Source: a virus (Duplodnaviria > Caudoviricetes). From it: a stretch of 53,475 bases of DNA. Below the pieces are notes generated by a model that was given only the letters and a program-made list of their open reading frames with translations, had not been told where the DNA came from and ran no database searches. The position numbers were made by a program, and so were the translations under genes. The stretch covers positions 1 to 53,475 of IMG/VR virus record IMGVR_UViG_3300045801_000004, one strand, 5' to 3'. Positions 27,173 to 36,486 of the stretch are shown piece after piece; the stretch's first letter is position 1; each line of letters opens with the position of its first letter.

Positions 27173-27897
27173 TGACAATTTCAATAGGCCAAATTGGAAC
27201 GTTTGGGCAGATCAATGGCGCAGCCACCACGACTTTTAGCACGGCGGCAACCGCTTCTGCCACGACTACAGGAAGCGGGTTTATCGTTGCGGCAGCTTTT
27301 GCTGGAAATCTTACCGTTACATCGGTAACTGATACGTTTAGCAATACGTACACGCACCTCACAAGAATTTACGATGCAGGGACGAATTTCGGTTTAGAGC
27401 GTTGGTACTGTGCGAACGGTACAGGGGGAGCTTCTCATCAAGCCAATATCGTAATGAGCGGCGCTGCCACGGTGTTTGCTGCACTGATAGAAGCCAAAAA
27501 TGCCGCAACGAGTGGGTTTTACGTCGCGACAAACGATACGGCGTATCAGTATTCCTCCGCTTCCCCGTACAGCACGAGCCTTGCTGTGTCGCCGCCCGCG
27601 ACGGGCGCGTTATTGCTTTCATGTTTCGTTACTGGCGTTAACGGGAGCGCGGTATCGCCGACGCTGACGGAATCAAGTGGTTTTACGATTATCGGTCAAG
27701 AAAATTTAGATACTGGAGGCTATGTCCCTGCTTTGGCATACTATGTGATTAGCAGCAGCGCAACCTACACGCCTAGTTGGACGGCGGCATCGCCCGCAGG
27801 CAGTAGCGCATTAGTGTCACTTGACAGTTTTTTTGGCCCGTCCGGAAATACCCCTTCGGTTTCATCGTTGAGCTTCCAAAACTTAGGCCCCGGCTAA
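27172..27897 (+). CDS. Virion surface protein, paralog of 21473..22375
   Basis: Same blocks as its paralog; TAATG-coupled to the lectin gene. Confidence 0.75.
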   Translation: MTISIGQIGTFGQINGAATTTFSTAATASATTTGSGFIVAAAFAGNLTVTSVTDTFSNTYTHLTRIYDAGTNFGLERWYCANGTGGASHQANIVMSGAATVFAALIEAKNAATSGFYVATNDTAYQYSSASPYSTSLAVSPPATGALLLSCFVTGVNGSAVSPTLTESSGFTIIGQENLDTGGYVPALAYYVISSSATYTPSWTAASPAGSSALVSLDSFFGPSGNTPSVSSLSFQNLGPG

Positions 27898-27909
27898 TCG
27901 GAGATGTAG

Positions 27910-29892
27910 ATGGCGCTGACAGGCCAAGCGCCTTTTAACCGCAACGCATTGAGGGCGTTTCGGTACAGCCAGCAACCGCCGGATAACGGCATTGCGACGC
28001 CGACTGAGCAGTCCGACACGTCGTCGGCTGTCGGCGGCGCGTCGTTTGCGCCTGTCGTGAGCGCATTGACGGCGATTCAGACTGGGCCGCAGTCGCGATT
28101 CAGCAAGTTTCAAAGTTCCGTTCGCAGCAACGCGGTCATCGCCGGCACTTCTAATGGCACGGGATCGCCGTCTGAGACCGGCGATTCTGCCAATGCATCG
28201 GGAATCGCGGGAACGCCTGCGGGCATGAGCGCACTCAATGTGCTGGCATTCGGGCCGCAGTATCGCGCTAACAAATTCCGGCGAGATGTACGCAATTCCG
28301 TTGTCATTGCGCTGACATCGGTCACTGGCACTGGGACGCCAACGGAACTCGGCGATACGCCGAACGCAGCGGGCGGCAATACCGGATTGCCGGGACTGAG
28401 CGGTCTGAATGTGTTGCTGTTCGGGCCGCAATACCGAGCCAACAAATTCCGCTCTAGCCCGCGCACCACGCAATACATTCCGCCAAGCGCGATCAATGGT
28501 TCCGCGTCCATTACGGAACCGGGCGACGTTCCGAACGCCAACACCGGCACGCTCCTGCAAACTAGTAGTCTGAGTCCGTTCAACTTAGGGCCTGGAACCG
28601 CTGCACCATTTAACCTCAACCAGTTTCAAGCGTTTGAGTACAACGGCTACACAATCCTTGCGATCACCGGAACTGCGGCGGCGACCGAAACCGGCGACGT
28701 GGCGAGCAGCGTGGCCGGCATTGGCGGTTTTGGCGCGGGGACCCCGACCGAGCTCGGCGATGTGTCGGCAGCGGTCGGCAGTCCGGTGTTTTTCGGCAGC
28801 GGCACGCCCATCGAACTCAGCGACGTATCGGCAGGTGTTGGTAGTTTCGTGGCCTACGGCGAAGGCGACGGCACAGAGTTAAACGACGTTGCGGCGGCCG
28901 TCGGCAACATCATAGCGCCGGTTTACGGCAGCGCCATCATCACGGAGAGCTTCGACACGCCGCTTGCGATTGGCATCTTCCCCGAAATCGGCATAGCGGC
29001 CGCAACGGAACTCCCCGATGTGGCCGTCACGGGCGGCGTTGTGGTGGGTCAAGGCACCTGCAATTACGACGAATTGCCCGATTTGTTCTCAGCCGTCGGC
29101 GCCCCGGTTGACGAGTCCTTGGGCGTTGTGGTATGCCCTGTAAATGCTACAATCAGCCCTCCGGTCATGGGTCCATCCGCTATGAGTGTAGCCGCCGCTA
29201 ATATCATGAATACGTCAGGAACCTACGGATTCGCGCCCTCCATGGGCGAGACGGTGCTGTACGCCTACGGGCTCTGCGGGATTCGCAACACGGCACTGAC
29301 GCAGCAGCATTTTGAAACCGCTCGCATGGCGTGCAATATGATCCTTGGTCGGTGGAGTTCGGATGGCGTCAATCTCTGGCAGGTCGATCTGCAAGTCATC
29401 CCGCTCATCCAAGGCCAAGCGACGTATTCCGTGCCGTCCAATACCATCGTGATGCTGGACGGCTATTACACGATCAACAACGGCGCGACCGAAATCGACC
29501 GCATCATGATGCCGATCAGCCGCACGGAATACGCAAGCTATTCCAACAAGGAAGAGCAAGGCGCACCGACCGTGTTCTGGTTCGACCGGTTGCTAGCGCC
29601 AACGGTCACGCTGTACCAGACGCCGAACGGCCAGCAAGCATCGTTCAAGTATTACCGACTGCGGCAAACGCAGGATGCGAACCTTGCCAACGGGCAGAGT
29701 TTGGAGATTCCGTACTATTTCTGGGATGCCTTCGCATTTGCGCTGGCGTATCGCTTGGCCCTGTCGTGGGCGCCGAGCCAAGCGCCGATCTTAAAACCGC
29801 TTGCGGACGAGGCATGGGCGATTGCCAGCAAACAGAACGTTGAATCCGGGTCCGTGTACATCGCACCGACCACTGGCAATTACTTCCGGTGA
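27910..29892 (+). CDS. Repeat-rich N-terminal region fused to a head-tail connector domain
   Basis: TE.(G/S/N/P)D repeats and GPQYRANKFR repeats, then from about 29206 a connector-type domain (TSGTYGF...ARMACNMIL..W...GVNLW...ISRTEYA...NK..QG.P). Confidence 0.75.
   Translation: MALTGQAPFNRNALRAFRYSQQPPDNGIATPTEQSDTSSAVGGASFAPVVSALTAIQTGPQSRFSKFQSSVRSNAVIAGTSNGTGSPSETGDSANASGIAGTPAGMSALNVLAFGPQYRANKFRRDVRNSVVIALTSVTGTGTPTELGDTPNAAGGNTGLPGLSGLNVLLFGPQYRANKFRSSPRTTQYIPPSAINGSASITEPGDVPNANTGTLLQTSSLSPFNLGPGTAAPFNLNQFQAFEYNGYTILAITGTAAATETGDVASSVAGIGGFGAGTPTELGDVSAAVGSPVFFGSGTPIELSDVSAGVGSFVAYGEGDGTELNDVAAAVGNIIAPVYGSAIITESFDTPLAIGIFPEIGIAAATELPDVAVTGGVVVGQGTCNYDELPDLFSAVGAPVDESLGVVVCPVNATISPPVMGPSAMSVAAANIMNTSGTYGFAPSMGETVLYAYGLCGIRNTALTQQHFETARMACNMILGRWSSDGVNLWQVDLQVIPLIQGQATYSVPSNTIVMLDGYYTINNGATEIDRIMMPISRTEYASYSNKEEQGAPTVFWFDRLLAPTVTLYQTPNGQQASFKYYRLRQTQDANLANGQSLEIPYYFWDAFAFALAYRLALSWAPSQAPILKPLADEAWAIASKQNVESGSVYIAPTTGNYFR
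29126..29153 (+). promoter_or_regulatory. Possible internal promoter upstream of the connector domain
   Basis: TG-C-TACAAT extended -10 (29145-53), with TTGTGG 16 bp upstream of the -10 hexamer. Confidence 0.3.
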
Positions 29893-29895
29893 CGC

Positions 29896-30837
29896 ATGGC
29901 CTATGCATCCATATCAGGCCGCGCCCGAACTAGTAGCCGATCACCACGCGCGTTTGCCGTCTGCGACCGCTGCGGTATTTGGTACAACCGCGACCAACTG
30001 AGAAACCAGTTTGAATGGCGCGGCGCGCAGCTTTTGCCGTTGTACATTTTCGTCTGCGCGTCGTGTTACGACGTACCGCAAGAGCAACTTCGCGCGATCA
30101 CGCTCCCGGCTGATCCCGTGCCGGTATACCTGCCGCGCCCGGAAGATTTTGTCACCGCCGAAACCGATTACCGTGCGGTCTCGGCGCCGCCGGTCTACGA
30201 CCGCACTCGAGGCATACCGATTCCCGGAACCACGCTTAGAACGACGGAGGATTGCGAGAATCGCACGACGTTGCCGTTTGGGCGACCGACGGGCGAGAAT
30301 CAGAACGCGATCACCGTGCAGACCATTCCGTTAGCGTTCGGAACGGCGCTGTCGGTCCTGTCGGTAATTTCCAACGGCACGGCGACTGTCACGGTGACGT
30401 GTTCCGCGCCGCATGGGTTATCGACCAACGGGCAAGTGTCAATTGAGGGCTTGGCGGACAATTCGGCGGACGGCATGTACAGCGTGATCGTGACCAGCGC
30501 GACGGCGTTCACCTACATGACCTATTCGTCGGTCGGCGCCGCCCCCTTGCTATTGCCAAATTCTCGCATTATCACAACCAAGATTGGTTTACCATACGGT
30601 TACGTACAGATACCGAAGATTTACGGACCGCTCTTGAACCAAATAGCCACCGCCGCTTGCGTTTTTGCGCTGGAGAATTCCACCGGGTTTTTCTATCTGG
30701 AGAACAACACCGGATACATGCGCGTGGAGTCGTGCGGCACGGCCCCGGTGACCTACGAATTTGAACTGGAGGAAAATACCGGCTCCATTCTGCTTGAAGA
30801 TGGCACCGAATTCCTTGAGCAAGAGGTCGGGCCGTAG
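29896..30837 (+). CDS. Zn-ribbon neck protein with beta-barrel and C-terminal LxLE(D/N) repeats
   Basis: AFAVCDRCG...VCASCYD.PQ.Q; T.SAPHGL..G..V.I.G barrel; ends FELEENTGSILLEDGTEFLEQE. Confidence 0.75.
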   Translation: MAYASISGRARTSSRSPRAFAVCDRCGIWYNRDQLRNQFEWRGAQLLPLYIFVCASCYDVPQEQLRAITLPADPVPVYLPRPEDFVTAETDYRAVSAPPVYDRTRGIPIPGTTLRTTEDCENRTTLPFGRPTGENQNAITVQTIPLAFGTALSVLSVISNGTATVTVTCSAPHGLSTNGQVSIEGLADNSADGMYSVIVTSATAFTYMTYSSVGAAPLLLPNSRIITTKIGLPYGYVQIPKIYGPLLNQIATAACVFALENSTGFFYLENNTGYMRVESCGTAPVTYEFELEENTGSILLEDGTEFLEQEVGP

Positions 30838-31367
30838 TGGCAAACGCCACCATCACGCAATTGCCGCAGGCTATCGGCCTCACCGGCTCCGAACAGTTGG
30901 AGGCGGTGCAGGCTGGCTCATCGGTGCGCATTACCGCGCAATCCATTGCGAACCTAGTCGTCGTCAATCCGGCGTCCGCGATCAGCGGGTATTTTTTGGG
31001 CACGTTGACCGGCTGCATTGGCACTGTCACGGGCAACATCAATTACGACATCACGGGCAGCGCCTGTACGTTGACGGCGATTACCGCGCTGCTTGGCATA
31101 TCAAACACCAACATCGCAACCATCACGGGCTTGCCTGCGATTGTGCAGCCTGCGACGAATAGCCCGACGGCGCTTTGCGTGCTGAACGTCGGCGGCACGA
31201 TCTTGACGGGCGCGTCGGCGCTCACCGCAGGCAGCGGCACGATGACGCTGCAATTGCAGCAATTGAGTACGCTGCCGCTCGGCATCGCGCTGAGCAACAC
31301 TTCGTTCCCGGCGTCCGGGTTCAAGGGCTTGCCGCCCGGTTGGACCATCACGTATTCGCTCAAATGA
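30837..31367 (+). CDS. Short fibre/receptor-binding-like protein
   Basis: N-terminal ATITQLP (KISELP-like) motif; ITGLP. Confidence 0.65.
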   Translation: MANATITQLPQAIGLTGSEQLEAVQAGSSVRITAQSIANLVVVNPASAISGYFLGTLTGCIGTVTGNINYDITGSACTLTAITALLGISNTNIATITGLPAIVQPATNSPTALCVLNVGGTILTGASALTAGSGTMTLQLQQLSTLPLGIALSNTSFPASGFKGLPPGWTITYSLK

Positions 31368-32152
31368 GTACGCCAGCCACCAATCCGCTGAGTTACAACG
31401 CCTACGTGCAGCAAATGGGCGTCTTGGCGGTCGAGCAGACCGCCGAAACCAACGGCGTGTGGGCGTTCGTCAACAACGGTCCCAACACAATCTTGCCGCA
31501 GATGCTGAATTACGCGGAACTGCGGATTCAGCGGGACTTGAATTTCCTGTCGTCTCAGTCGTCCAACACTTATACGCTCACGGCCGGCAATCCGATTTTG
31601 TCGATTCCGGTCGATGATTTTTTCACCGTGCAAACGGTCGAAATCGTGCAAGGCAACGGCACTCAAGTGTACGTCGCGCAGCCGTTGCTTCCCGTCAGCA
31701 AAGAATTCATCCAGAACTGCTACGGCGGCCTCACCGCATCCGGCCCGCCGCAGTATTTCGCGATGTACGGCGACAACTGGGAGGATGGGCAGGATACATA
31801 CAACAACGTGCTGTTCGGGCCGCCCCCAAACTACGGCTACACCGTGCGTATCACGGGCAGCAGCCGTTCGCCGTCGCTGTACCAATACGCGGTTGCGGGT
31901 GTCGCCGATACGTCGTACACGTATATCAGCGCGTACTACCCCGACATGCTGATCCTTGCGAGCATGATCTACATCACCATGTACCAGCGCAATTTCAGCG
32001 CGGTCAGCGATTCGCCGGACATGGGTCAGACCTACGAGAAACAGTACCAAGCCGCTCGAGCGATTGCGATCCCCGACGAGAACAATCGCAAGTTCCAAGG
32101 CTCTGGCTGGAGCAGCTATTCGACGCCGGCCTCGGCGACGCCGACGAGGTAA
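31364..32152 (+). CDS. Head-tail adaptor protein
   Basis: ILPQMLNYAELRIQRDL, G.PQYFA, GPPPN..Y, TYIS..YPDML..ASM. Confidence 0.8.
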   Translation: MSTPATNPLSYNAYVQQMGVLAVEQTAETNGVWAFVNNGPNTILPQMLNYAELRIQRDLNFLSSQSSNTYTLTAGNPILSIPVDDFFTVQTVEIVQGNGTQVYVAQPLLPVSKEFIQNCYGGLTASGPPQYFAMYGDNWEDGQDTYNNVLFGPPPNYGYTVRITGSSRSPSLYQYAVAGVADTSYTYISAYYPDMLILASMIYITMYQRNFSAVSDSPDMGQTYEKQYQAARAIAIPDENNRKFQGSGWSSYSTPASATPTR

Positions 32153-32155
32153 CCC

Positions 32156-34258
32156 GTGCCTCATGCGTCATTCAAGCTAGCGCCTGGCGGCGTCAACTCC
32201 CAAGAAACCCAAGCCCAGAACGAGAACGGCGGGATCTTTCAATCGCAGTTGATCCGGTTTTTTTACGACGCGGGCGGCTGGAATCTCGTCGCGAAATTGG
32301 GCGGCTGGACGCAATGGGTGCCGACGGTATTCTCGTCCATCATCCGAGCACTGTGGGCATGGGAGGATCTGAACGACAATTCATGGCTTGCCGTGGGCAC
32401 CGAAACGAACGCCACCACCGGCAACGCGCAATTGGCCGCTATTACGGACGGCATGCTCACAGACATCACCCCGCATTACACCGTCGCGAACGAGGTCAAC
32501 ACGCAATTTGCGGTCACGGCTGGAAGCAATCTCATCACGATCACAGACATCTTGGTTACGGGATTGACGAGCTACGACACCGTGTTTATCACGACCCAAG
32601 TGAGCATCGGCGGCGTGGTGCTGTTTGGGCAATACGCGATTGACACCGATGGCTACATTGCGCCCAACGTGTACCATATTTTTTCGGTGGATCAATTGGG
32701 AAATCCGTTTCCCGCCACCAGCACAACGGGCAACTTCCAGCTTCCGGTATTCACCAGCACGTCGGGCACGAACTCGGTGAACGTCAATCTGCCGAATTAC
32801 ACCTATGCGGTCGGCACGACGTTTGCCGTGCTGACGCCAACGGTCATCGGCGGGGTCACAATCTACGGCAATTACATCGTGCAGTCGTTGGTGGATGCCA
32901 ACAATTTCACGATTCTGGTGGGCGGCATCCCGTCCGCATCGACTTCAGTCACGATGAACAACAACAACGTGGGCTTCATCTACAACATCGGCAAGGGCGC
33001 CATCTCATCGGGCACGGGCTACGGCGTCGGCGCGTATGGCTCTGGCGGCTATGGATCAGGATCTGGCGTTGCGCCCGCGACCGGCACGCCCATCCCGGCG
33101 GTCGATTGGACGCTGGACAACTTCGGCCAAGTGCTAATCGGTTGCGCGGTCGAAACCAATCAGATCACCCCGTATCAGCCGATTTACCAATGGACGCCTG
33201 GATTGCAATCCGCGACCGTGATTCCGAACGCACCCACGGTGAACGACGGCGTGATGGTCGCGATGCCGCAGCGGCAGATTATCGCGTGGGGATCGACTCA
33301 GACCGGCATCCAAGACCCGTTGCTGATCAACTGGTGCGATGTCGGCAATTACAACCAGTGGATTGCGCTGGTCACGAACCAGGCCGGATCTTACCGCATT
33401 CCGAAAGGCTCGCGCATCGTCGGCGCCGTCCAAGGGCCGCAACAAGGCATCATCTGGACCGACATTGACTGCTGGAGCATGCAGTACATCGGGCCGCCTT
33501 ACGTGTACAGCTTCAACGAGATCGGCACCGGCTGCGGCCTCATTGCACGCAAAGCGGCAGCGGCGGCGAACGGCATTTACTACTGGATGGGGCCATCGCA
33601 GTTTTTCATTCTGTCGTCAGATGGCGTGCAGACTTTGCAATGCCCGGTCTGGGACGTTGTATATCAGAACCTGAGCATGCCGAATCTGTACAAGATCCGC
33701 GTCGCCGTGAACAGCCGATTCAACGAGATCCAGTGGTTCTACCCGTCCGCGTCGGGCGGCGGCGAAGTGGATTCTTACGTCAAATACAATACCGAACTCG
33801 GCGCGTGGGACTACGGCACGTTGGCGCGCACTGCATGGGTCGATCAATCGGTGCTAGGACCTCCGATTGGCGCGGACCCGAACGCACTGACGCTGTACCA
33901 GCACGAGACTTCCAACGACGCGGCCGGACAGCCGATGACCTCGTATTTCCAAAGCGGCTACTACGCGATCAACGAAGGCGATTTGAAATCGTTCATTGAC
34001 CTTGTGTGGCCGGATTTTAAATGGGGCCTGTACGGGCAACCGCAGACGGCGACGCTTGCGATTTCGTTCTACGTGGTCGGATACCCCGGCGATACGCCCG
34101 TGGTTTACGGCCCTTACACCGTCACGCAAGCGACCAAGTATTTCAACACGCGATTACGCGGGCGCCTCGTGTCCATTCGCATTGAATCCTCCGATTTGGG
34201 CAGTTTCTGGCGCATCGGCAACATCCGCTACCGTTACGCGCCGGATGGGAAATTCTGA
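32156..34258 (+). CDS. Tail tube/nozzle (P22 gp10-like DNA stabilisation) protein
   Basis: KLGGW, WTLDNFG, DPLLINWCD, NQAGSYR, MQYIGPPY, LARTAW, RLRGR. Confidence 0.82.
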   Translation: MPHASFKLAPGGVNSQETQAQNENGGIFQSQLIRFFYDAGGWNLVAKLGGWTQWVPTVFSSIIRALWAWEDLNDNSWLAVGTETNATTGNAQLAAITDGMLTDITPHYTVANEVNTQFAVTAGSNLITITDILVTGLTSYDTVFITTQVSIGGVVLFGQYAIDTDGYIAPNVYHIFSVDQLGNPFPATSTTGNFQLPVFTSTSGTNSVNVNLPNYTYAVGTTFAVLTPTVIGGVTIYGNYIVQSLVDANNFTILVGGIPSASTSVTMNNNNVGFIYNIGKGAISSGTGYGVGAYGSGGYGSGSGVAPATGTPIPAVDWTLDNFGQVLIGCAVETNQITPYQPIYQWTPGLQSATVIPNAPTVNDGVMVAMPQRQIIAWGSTQTGIQDPLLINWCDVGNYNQWIALVTNQAGSYRIPKGSRIVGAVQGPQQGIIWTDIDCWSMQYIGPPYVYSFNEIGTGCGLIARKAAAAANGIYYWMGPSQFFILSSDGVQTLQCPVWDVVYQNLSMPNLYKIRVAVNSRFNEIQWFYPSASGGGEVDSYVKYNTELGAWDYGTLARTAWVDQSVLGPPIGADPNALTLYQHETSNDAAGQPMTSYFQSGYYAINEGDLKSFIDLVWPDFKWGLYGQPQTATLAISFYVVGYPGDTPVVYGPYTVTQATKYFNTRLRGRLVSIRIESSDLGSFWRIGNIRYRYAPDGKF

Positions 34259-34608
34259 TGTCAGCATCCACATCCGACGTACTCTCAGCGATCAAAAATA
34301 TCGTGACCGCGCTGAACGCCGCGACGCAGGCGTATCTAAACGTCAACGGGCAGACCGTCGCGCAAGCGATCACGACGCCCACCGTCATCAAGGCGTCCGC
34401 CGGACGCGTCGCATCGGTGTCCGTCGTCGTTGCGGGATCGGGTACGGGGACAATTTACGACTCGGCGGTGCTCGGCACGACGACCAAGCCCCTGTACGTG
34501 ATTCCCGCAGCGGTTGGCACTACACCATATGTGGTGAATTTACCAGCGAATTTTGGTATTCTCGTAACGCCCGGAACTGGGCAGACCTTGACCGTGAGTT
34601 TTTCATGA
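34258..34608 (+). CDS. Small virion protein
   Basis: TGATG coupling; GRV..VSV.VAGS..G.IYDS, GILVTPGTGQ. Confidence 0.75.
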   Translation: MSASTSDVLSAIKNIVTALNAATQAYLNVNGQTVAQAITTPTVIKASAGRVASVSVVVAGSGTGTIYDSAVLGTTTKPLYVIPAAVGTTPYVVNLPANFGILVTPGTGQTLTVSFS

Positions 34609-35168
34609 GCGACGCAGCAACATCCGCACTGCACATTGCGCGTACTCCGCGCGAGGGCGGGGGGCATTTGCACGTCAAGAAGCCGAAGGGAGTCCACAAA
34701 CTGCACACAGGACCGATCCACAGCACCGTCGCGGGTCGCACCGATCATCTGCCCATGCATGTGCCAAGTGGGTCCTATGTGCTGACCGCCGATTGCGTCT
34801 CAGGACTCGGTGAGGGCAACACAATGGCCGGTTTCAAGCATCTGAAACGCATGTTTTCGGGTGTGCCGCGCGGTCAAGGCGCAGAGCCATACGGTCACGA
34901 GGGCGGTCCTTACGGCGGCGGCTCGGGCGTATACGGACAAGGCAAAGGCCCTTACGGCTCAAAAAGCGGCGGCGCATCTCACGGCGACGACGCGGGTGTT
35001 CCGATTGTTGCGGCTGGCGGTGAATACGTACTCACGCCTGACGAAGTTCGATGGGTCGGCGGCGGCGATTTGGAAACGGGGCATAAAGTGCTGGATGCAT
35101 TCATGACACGGATGCGTAAAGAACTTGTGCATACGCTTAAAAAACTGGCGCCGCCAAAAAAGGATTGA
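34605..35168 (+). CDS. Protein with two G-E/S-YV half-repeats (TMP-like GPG..SD.IP..LS.GE.V module)
   Basis: GPIHSTVAGRTDHLPMHVPSGSYVLTAD.VS.LGEGN and VPIVAAGGEYVLTPD. Confidence 0.8.
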   Translation: MSDAATSALHIARTPREGGGHLHVKKPKGVHKLHTGPIHSTVAGRTDHLPMHVPSGSYVLTADCVSGLGEGNTMAGFKHLKRMFSGVPRGQGAEPYGHEGGPYGGGSGVYGQGKGPYGSKSGGASHGDDAGVPIVAAGGEYVLTPDEVRWVGGGDLETGHKVLDAFMTRMRKELVHTLKKLAPPKKD

Positions 35169-35657
35169 ATGGACGCCAACCTTCAAGTCCGCGTAGCGAC
35201 TCCCGACGACTTAGATGCCGTCATGGCGATGGCAATCGCGGGCGCGCAAGAGAATTCGTTTATGCCGGCGAAAGTTGAGCTGATCCTCAACGAAGTATGG
35301 CCGGCAGTAAATCAAGACCACGGCATTTGCGGCGTGATCGGCGAACCTGGTGGCAAGCCAGAAGGCATTGTCATTTTGCGCATTGGCACGGTTTACTATA
35401 GCGAGCAACTTTGCGTCGAAGAAAAAATCGTATTTGTGGCGCCGGAATTTCGCGCGGCGAAGGGCGGCAGGGCGCGACAATTATGTGAGTTTAGCAAGCG
35501 CGTCGCGGACCGTTTGAATTTGCCTTTGCTTATCGGAATTTGCAGTTCAGAGCGCACGAAGGCAAAAGTGCGGTTGTACGAGAGGATTTTCGGAGCGCCA
35601 GCGGGTGCTTACTTTTTGTACAAGACGGCGACCGGCGGCCATGAGGTAATTCGGTGA
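35169..35657 (+). CDS. GNAT-fold acetyltransferase-like protein
   Basis: VRVATPDDL, FVAPEFRAAKGGRA..L.EF; typical position before ejection genes. Confidence 0.7.
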   Translation: MDANLQVRVATPDDLDAVMAMAIAGAQENSFMPAKVELILNEVWPAVNQDHGICGVIGEPGGKPEGIVILRIGTVYYSEQLCVEEKIVFVAPEFRAAKGGRARQLCEFSKRVADRLNLPLLIGICSSERTKAKVRLYERIFGAPAGAYFLYKTATGGHEVIR

Positions 35658-36484
35658 ATAACAAATTCTACGTTTACGAACACTGGCGCACTGATCGCGG
35701 TGAATGTTTCTATGTCGGCAAAGGGCACGGTCGCCGCGCTTATGACATGCGTCGCGGGCGTAACCGTTGGCACAAATTCTTGACTGCAAAGCTGTCGGCG
35801 CTTGGAACTGCGGTTGAAATTAAGATTATTGCGGAGGGGATTACCGAAGAAGAAGCGTTTGCGAAAGAAATCGAAAGAATTGCGTTCTGGAAAAATGATG
35901 GCGCTGATCTTGTGAATTTGACTAATGGTGGCGACGGGCCGTCAGGAAGAAAGCACACGGAAGAATGGAAACAAGCGAATTCGGAACGTATGAAAGGGCG
36001 AAAACCATCTGCGGAAACTAAAAAGAAGATGTCTGTTGCCGCTATGGGTAATAAGAAAAGTTTAGGGAAAAAGAAACCGCGCGAATTAGTTGAAAGGCTT
36101 GCTGCGCTCAGTCGCGGAAAGAAACGTAGTCTGGAACTTATTGCTAAACTTAGAGCAATTAGATTGGCAAATCCAACATTTAAGGGACGGACGCATTCCG
36201 CAGAGACGATAGAGAAAATATCTGCCCCACAACGCGGTAGGCCAAAATCCGAAGAAACGAAGATTCGCATGCGAAAGCCCAAAAGCGAAGCGCACAAACA
36301 AAAATTGCGCGAAGCTAATCTTGGCAAAAAAGTGAGCGAAGAAACACGCGCAAAGATTGTTGCCAATTCTCTCGCTCTTTGGGCAAAACGACGCGCCAAA
36401 GGAACAGACAAAGACATTGGTAAAAAAATAAAAGAGGGAATTTTGAAAAATAAAGCTGAAATACCTCTGGATAAGGATAAATAA
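35654..36484 (+). mobile_element. Free-standing GIY-YIG homing endonuclease with NUMOD3 repeats
   Basis: FYVYEH...FYVGKG..RR, EAF..E..RI, LVNLTNGGDG; several (H/K/P/V)S.ET..K repeats; visibly A-rich. Confidence 0.9.
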
Positions 36485-36486
36485 CC

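Noticed and set aside
28240-28455. Near-duplicate segments as a DGR template/variable repeat pair
   Set aside because: Differences are mostly synonymous rather than adenine-specific, and no reverse transcriptase is present; it is a protein repeat.
31043-32164. 373-aa minus-strand ORF and similar long antisense ORFs in the track
   Set aside because: Shadows of GC-rich plus-strand structural genes that have clear motifs and coupling.
35654-36484. Group I intron around the endonuclease
   Set aside because: Both flanking genes are intact and abut the ORF, leaving no room for an intron core.
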